From the NCBI RefSeq assembly GCF_913058315.1, contig NZ_CAJXQY010000003.1, positions 2,339 through 66,338 on the forward strand: a stretch of 64,000 nt of DNA. The letters run 5' to 3'. This DNA comes from an uncultured Alteromonas sp. (lineage in GTDB: Bacteria; Pseudomonadota; Gammaproteobacteria; Enterobacterales; Alteromonadaceae). Positions 59,094 through 64,000 of this stretch are shown here, piece by piece. Position 1 is the stretch's first letter. Every line of letters begins with the position of its first letter. The position numbers and the translations under genes are program-made. Under the pieces are notes generated by a model that had not been told where the DNA came from, did not search any database, and worked only from the letters and a program-made list of their open reading frames with translations.

Positions 59094-60461
59094 TTACTGG
59101 TAGCGTTGCCAGGCCTGCATCGAACCAATAAAGATATCGACCTGTTCAAATCCCTGTGCCAGTAAATAACTGGCAGCCGCGGTGGCGCGCTTACCACTGC
59201 CACAAGCCACTGTGTAATGACATGACTTGTCCAGTTGATGATGCCTGTCAGGTAAATAGCCTAAATAAAGATGCTGTGCATCAGCAAACCCGGCGTTGTC
59301 GAGTTCTTCGTGCTTACGCACATCCAGCAGTTGCCAGTTGGCTGGCGATGCTTTAATGCGTTGGTCCACGATATCTGCGGTGACAGATTTAACATGCTGA
59401 TGCTGATAATCCTCAACGGTCACCGGAGCCGGTACTATGGTCAGGTAGCCAGCAATCTGGTGATAACCCATCCGCCATAATTGGCGGGCACTGTCGGCGG
59501 CCTGAGCTGCGGAATCAGCAACCAGCGCTACCGGTGTGGAATAATCAAGAAACCAGCCGCCATAGGCGCTTAGCAGGCCCCCTGGTAAGTTCAGACTGCC
59601 CGGATAATGACCGTCGCGAAACTGGGCATGACTCCTCACATCTATTAAAACGCCGGGGCGCTCTGCGCTTTGTTGCCATGCAGACTGCCATTCAGGCGTC
59701 AGTAACTGACAGGCGGCAGACGGTACAGGGGTATCCAGGCCGGTAAGGTTAGACTGCTCCATTTTCTTAAAATACGGGGCTATGTAATGCTTTTCGGCTA
59801 GTTTTCGTTCTATAAACGCCTTTTTAGAGGCGCACTGATAGCCGGGGTTTTGCCGTCTCTCAATACCAATCGTAGTAAACTCCCGTTCAGCCATGCCAGA
59901 CCCGCACACAGAGCCGGCACCGTGAGCAGGGTAGACGATGATATCGTCGCCAAGCGCGGCGAGTGTTTGCAGGCTGTCATAAAGCAGGCCCGCCATCTCT
60001 GCCATTTGTTCGGGGTAAAAATCCGTGCGGCCGACTTCACTGACAAATAAGGTATCGCCGGTAAATACGCCAATGGGCTGACCATCCTGTTCATTGTCGA
60101 TAGCCAGCAGGCATATGCTGTCTTTCGTATGGCCGGGGGTGGCGATGACCTCCAGTGTCCATTTACCCACTTCAACTGTGTCGCCGTTATTTGCCTGGCG
60201 GGCGTATTCAATGGGTTCGTCGGCGTCTTTACCATGGTAAATCTCAGCGCCGGTCTGATTGGCCAGCGCTACAGCGCCAGAGATAAAGTCTTCGTTGCGA
60301 TGGGTTTCGATGATGGTCGTTATCCGGCAGGCATGATTGTCGGCAAGCGACAGGTAATGCTGAGTATCTAACTGAGGGTCAATAACACAGGCTTCTCCGT
60401 TGCTGCCTATTACGTAAGAAAGGTGCGCAATGCCCTGTGTTTTAACCGATTCAACAAACAT
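59094..60461 (-). CDS. MBL-fold hydrolase/persulfide-dioxygenase-like protein with two rhodanese domains
   Basis: LSYVIGS, ETHRNED, TPGHT, FTGDTLF, YPAHGAG, then two rhodanese folds; the last has ACGSGKRA. Confidence 0.85.
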   Translation of the reverse strand: MFVESVKTQGIAHLSYVIGSNGEACVIDPQLDTQHYLSLADNHACRITTIIETHRNEDFISGAVALANQTGAEIYHGKDADEPIEYARQANNGDTVEVGKWTLEVIATPGHTKDSICLLAIDNEQDGQPIGVFTGDTLFVSEVGRTDFYPEQMAEMAGLLYDSLQTLAALGDDIIVYPAHGAGSVCGSGMAEREFTTIGIERRQNPGYQCASKKAFIERKLAEKHYIAPYFKKMEQSNLTGLDTPVPSAACQLLTPEWQSAWQQSAERPGVLIDVRSHAQFRDGHYPGSLNLPGGLLSAYGGWFLDYSTPVALVADSAAQAADSARQLWRMGYHQIAGYLTIVPAPVTVEDYQHQHVKSVTADIVDQRIKASPANWQLLDVRKHEELDNAGFADAQHLYLGYLPDRHHQLDKSCHYTVACGSGKRATAAASYLLAQGFEQVDIFIGSMQAWQRYQ

Positions 60462-60653
60462 AAGTGAGCTCCGCTTCGCTGTTGTGCTGTGCACAACGTG
60501 AATTTAATGTATTTCACAGGGAGCAGATTCAATTGTTATGCCGAATAAAAAATAATGGTAAAACAATTAGTTAGATTTTATAGTGCTGAGGTTATGCCAC
60601 GCGGAAAGAAATATTCACTTAATCCTATATAAAATTTACATAACGCAAACCGA

Positions 60654-61280
60654 TTAACGGGATCGCGTTACACGCTGTTTGAGGGTTTGCAGGCGGGGAA
60701 GCACTATCAGCAGGGCAATAAACCAGTAAATTAATGGCTCCTGCAGGCCGGTTTTTCGCGACCAACTGAAGTGCAACAGGGCCAGAAACACCACCAGGTA
60801 GATAGAATTGTGCAAGCGTTGCCAGCGTTTACCGAGGCGCTGGCGAACTTTATTGGGCGAAGTGGCTGTTAGAGCCGTTAGGAGTAATAGCGCCACCATG
60901 CCGACGGTGATATACGGACGCTTGATAATTTCACTCACCACCAAAGACCAGTCAAACTGCAATTCAAAGCTAATATAGGTGAGTAAATGGATGACCGCGT
61001 AAACGAACACGTAAATACCCAGCATGCGCCTGAAGCGCATTAATGCCGGCGCTGGCAGGTAGCGTGCAGCCGGACTGATAAGCAGGGTAATTAATAACAG
61101 GTTTAACGCGCCGATGCCGCTAAAATGAATCAGCGCTTTAACCGGATCGGCTCCCAGATTGTCAGTGACGCTCTGGTAAAAGGTGATGATAACCCAACCC
61201 AGGATCAGTAAATGCAAAAGTGTTTTGGTTAGCCTGATTTGCAGCGCAGACAGTTTTAACGGTTTATTTAACAGCTTCAT
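60654..61280 (-). CDS. msrQ: Protein-methionine-sulfoxide reductase heme subunit
   Basis: LGADPV, RRMLG, KRPYITVG, WQRLHNSIY and LHFSW. Confidence 0.93.
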   Translation of the reverse strand: MKLLNKPLKLSALQIRLTKTLLHLLILGWVIITFYQSVTDNLGADPVKALIHFSGIGALNLLLITLLISPAARYLPAPALMRFRRMLGIYVFVYAVIHLLTYISFELQFDWSLVVSEIIKRPYITVGMVALLLLTALTATSPNKVRQRLGKRWQRLHNSIYLVVFLALLHFSWSRKTGLQEPLIYWFIALLIVLPRLQTLKQRVTRSR

Positions 61281-61286
61281 TGACAA

Positions 61287-62288
61287 TCAGTAATACCGGG
61301 TAAGATCCATATTGTTATACAACGGGGCAACTTCCTGATAGCCATTAAATCGTTCGGTATCGATCCGGTTTTGTGAAAACAGCCCGCCTTTGGTAATGCG
61401 CCGTTCACTGGCCTGACTCCAGCGTGGATGCGCCACATCCGGATTCACATTGGCGTAAAACCCGTATTCATGCGCAGCCAACCGATTCCACGTGGTGAGT
61501 GGTTCCTGATCGGTCAGCGTAATGCGCACCACTGACTTAATGCTTTTAAAGCCATATTTCCACGGTACCACCAAGCGAATTGGCGCACCGTTCTGAGGTG
61601 GCAGGGTTTTACCATACACGCCCACCGACATCAGCGATAAGGGATGCATGGCCTCATCGAGTCGTAAACCTTCCACGTAGGGATAGTCGATGCCGCCCCC
61701 CATAAATGGATTACGTTGGCCCGGCATTTGTTTGGGATCGAAGAGGGTTTTAAAGGCTACATATTTTGCTGAACCAAGGGGATCCGCCAACTTGATCAAT
61801 TTGTTTAATTCAAACCCCAGCCAGGGGATAACCATCGACCACGCCTCAACGCATCTTAACCGGTACACCCGTTCCTCTAATGGAAATTTATTGAGGATAT
61901 CGTCATAGCTCAGGGTAATGGGGTTGCGAACCATACCGTCAATTTTTAGTGACCACGGGTCAACCTGAAAGTCCTGGGCATTTTCTACCGGATCGTCCTT
62001 GCTGGTGCCGAACTCATAAAAGTTGTTGTACGAGGTGACTTTTGCATAGGGCGTCATGGTTTCGTCGGTCGACAGGCTGTTATTACGGGTAAAGTCCAGC
62101 GGCCGGGCCTTAAAGGCTGGCTTATCATCATCGTCGAACCAACCGCGGGCTGCCGCCGAGCCACTTAGCAATGCGCCAGCGCCAACAAAGCCCATGGATT
62201 TAAGCACACTACGGCGCGATGAAAACACTGCTTCGTCGGTAATTTCACTGCTTTTGAAACGTTGTGATGGTTTGAATCGTTTAGTCAT
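61287..62288 (-). CDS. msrP: Protein-methionine-sulfoxide reductase catalytic subunit
   Basis: Tat [43 protein letters not shown] and HPRWSQA. Confidence 0.96.
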   Translation of the reverse strand: MTKRFKPSQRFKSSEITDEAVFSSRRSVLKSMGFVGAGALLSGSAAARGWFDDDDKPAFKARPLDFTRNNSLSTDETMTPYAKVTSYNNFYEFGTSKDDPVENAQDFQVDPWSLKIDGMVRNPITLSYDDILNKFPLEERVYRLRCVEAWSMVIPWLGFELNKLIKLADPLGSAKYVAFKTLFDPKQMPGQRNPFMGGGIDYPYVEGLRLDEAMHPLSLMSVGVYGKTLPPQNGAPIRLVVPWKYGFKSIKSVVRITLTDQEPLTTWNRLAAHEYGFYANVNPDVAHPRWSQASERRITKGGLFSQNRIDTERFNGYQEVAPLYNNMDLTRYY

Positions 62289-62472
62289 AATGCCTGATTT
62301 GCTAACACTTATACCTCTGGTTACGTACTAAGACCGCATTAAGCACAAAAAAATTTCATCCACGCCGGTGAGTATTCGTAGCAGTGTCGTCGGCTTGCGC
62401 TGACCTCACAAGTTGGCAAGGTATTTGTAACATCGTTGGTTCAATGCCTATAACCACAGAATATTGACACTT

Positions 62473-62658
62473 ATGAGATTACCAACAAAAAGCCTGATCG
62501 CCAAAATCGAGTCGCTGTCTGCGCAACTGAGCCCAGAGCAATTAAAGGACTTTCTCGATGTGCTGGACTCCATGGCGGTGATGGTGGAAGACGCTAAAGC
62601 TATGCCTACAACATCAGAAACCAGCGAGTTAAATGCGGTGAAACTGGCCATGCACTAA
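62473..62658 (+). CDS. Small hypothetical helical protein
   Basis: 61 aa amphipathic ORF filling the gap between msrP and the hydrolase. Confidence 0.45.
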   Translation: MRLPTKSLIAKIESLSAQLSPEQLKDFLDVLDSMAVMVEDAKAMPTTSETSELNAVKLAMH

Positions 62659-62666
62659 TACGGTTG

Positions 62667-63713
62667 CTAATCCTCTGAACCGTCATCATCAGCGGGCAGA
62701 CGGTTAAGGCATTCAGTGTCGCTGGCATCACACATTATGCCAATGATGTCGGTGTCTGCAGAGGTAATGGTGCGGCCGAGCAGGTCGGCCGTAACGTCTT
62801 CTAGCAAGTCTTGTCTGAACAAAGCGACCATCTCCACATGAGTCATCTGCGGGTAGGTTTTAAGCTGTAATCCAGCGCGCTTTATCTGCAACCATTTTGA
62901 AGCAGGGGTTACCTTATCGTCGAGTGACGCATAGATAAAGGCAGTGCCCTGCATGTGCTCAATACGTTGGACCAACGCCGTATCCTGAGCAGTTTTCCCG
63001 GCCCGCTCATAAACGATATCTACTGCTTCCTCGACGGTTTCATCGCCAATGAAAAGGGTGTAAAACTTGTTTTTATAAGCGGAATTCCAAAGCGCGTTGA
63101 CCGCTACCCGGAAATCAGTCATTGGCGCGATTAAATACAGTCGGCCATTATCGATTTGTTCCATCACTCCACGGGCTGCCAGTGCGCCCATGGAAAAGCC
63201 TACCAAATGCACTTTCTCTGGCTGTTGACGTGAGATCTCACTGACCAGCGGGGCTACATAATCCAGGCCAAAGGTAAAGTGTTCCGCCTGCTCAGCACCA
63301 GGTACCACCCACACATCTGCACCGGTGATCACCTCAAGCCATTGCTGGTGGAGAGTGAGGATTTTCGCGGGCTGATTGTAGCCGGCAAAAAGCAGGATAA
63401 GATCATTTTCCAGTGGTTTAGACTGCTGGCTATCGGTGAGCGCTTCAAAATGCCAAATTTTGTGATTTTGATTAATGTAAAAATCAAACTCCAGAGTGAG
63501 AGAAAGGCTCTCATTGTCAAGAAGCCGTGTAACGGGGACACAATGGTGAGAAGTATCACAAACTACTTCTTCAACAGTCCAGCCAAAGTTTCCGGTGACT
63601 TGCGAGCCGCCGCCTTTGGCAATCTGGCTGGCCAGCAACGAGGCACAGCCGGGCAATGTCGACATACAAAAAACAATGAGAATAATCAGGCGGATCCTGC
63701 GCATAAATGACAT
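62667..63713 (-). CDS. Alpha/beta-hydrolase-fold lipoprotein
   Basis: Lipobox-like LPG-C; nucleophile elbow GFSMG, DDKVTP (Asp) and THVE (His). Confidence 0.7.
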   Translation of the reverse strand: MSFMRRIRLIILIVFCMSTLPGCASLLASQIAKGGGSQVTGNFGWTVEEVVCDTSHHCVPVTRLLDNESLSLTLEFDFYINQNHKIWHFEALTDSQQSKPLENDLILLFAGYNQPAKILTLHQQWLEVITGADVWVVPGAEQAEHFTFGLDYVAPLVSEISRQQPEKVHLVGFSMGALAARGVMEQIDNGRLYLIAPMTDFRVAVNALWNSAYKNKFYTLFIGDETVEEAVDIVYERAGKTAQDTALVQRIEHMQGTAFIYASLDDKVTPASKWLQIKRAGLQLKTYPQMTHVEMVALFRQDLLEDVTADLLGRTITSADTDIIGIMCDASDTECLNRLPADDDGSED

Positions 63714-63747
63714 CCTGTCGGTGACAGCAGATTAACCAGAGCGGTGC

Positions 63748-64000
63748 TTAAAGTGACAAAGTATCGAGCACGCCACCACGCTTGGGGACAAACATATTAG
63801 AATAGAGGCGAGCGGCAAATTCGTCGGTCATGCCTGAAATATAATCGGCAATTACGCGGTGACCGTTGCCTTGCTCCTCGGCTTGTAACCAGCGACTGCG
63901 GGTATTTTCGGGAAGCAGACGAGTGGGATCAGAACTAAACGCTTCAAACAACTCCATCACCACCTGCTGGCCTTTATATTCCAGCAATTGCACTTCGGGT
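63748..64000 (-). CDS. 3' end of a dGTP triphosphohydrolase-like (Dgt/HD) protein, partial
   Basis: [19 protein letters not shown] is the typical Dgt C-terminal motif; runs off the right edge. Confidence 0.8.
   Translation of the reverse strand, partial: PEVQLLEYKGQQVVMELFEAFSSDPTRLLPENTRSRWLQAEEQGNGHRVIADYISGMTDEFAARLYSNMFVPKRGGVLDTLSL

Noticed and set aside
58931-59203. 90-aa minus-strand ORF with a Cys-rich middle
   Set aside because: It overlaps the MBL gene's 3' end in another frame, with no clear RBS or recognisable motif.
62329-62358. Possible ECF/sigmaE promoter for msrPQ (GAAATT-N18-TCTTA, minus strand)
   Set aside because: The spacing and -35 match are imperfect, too weak to call without a start site.
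1-64000. CRISPR arrays, IS elements, prophage, rRNA or tRNA genes, frameshifted pseudogenes
   Set aside because: No spaced direct-repeat arrays, transposase, integrase or phage ORFs, or cloverleaf/rRNA signatures were found, and all recognised genes appear full length.

Overview
About 50% GC marine gammaproteobacterial chromosome segment, Alteromonadaceae-like by gene content and order (an inference). It is dense in protein-coding genes, and I found no rRNA, tRNA, CRISPR array, transposase or prophage. Core blocks are astB-topA, rne-rluC and yceF/yceD-rpmF-plsX-fabHDG-acpP-fabF-pabC-mltG-tmk-holB-tatD, plus msrPQ and the 3' end of a dgt-like gene. Accessory blocks are: a 6-domain Ig-like lipoprotein; an orphan RhaT-type sugar symporter; a divergent sulfotransferase-like / fold-type-IV 'aminotransferase' pair; LysR-DoxX-YqjG-DODA; a GntR-controlled gluconate module; ROK plus TonB receptor-SapC-JmjC cupin-two flavin-dependent halogenases; a ZntR/SO_0444 metal-efflux operon; an ACE-like M2 peptidase; a LexA-boxed SulA-like gene; and rhodanese/MBL-rhodanese genes. 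The strongest novelty lead is the fold-IV protein at 11242-12159. Aligned in register with the PabC in this same window, its Schiff-base Lys is Asn and its pyridine-binding Glu is Thr, while the phosphate-binding cup is kept, and it sits head-to-head with a PAPS-type sulfotransferase-like gene. The second lead is the TBDR-SapC-JmjC-halogenase operon with a structured leader. All calls are by eye from motifs and the ORF track; no searches were run.
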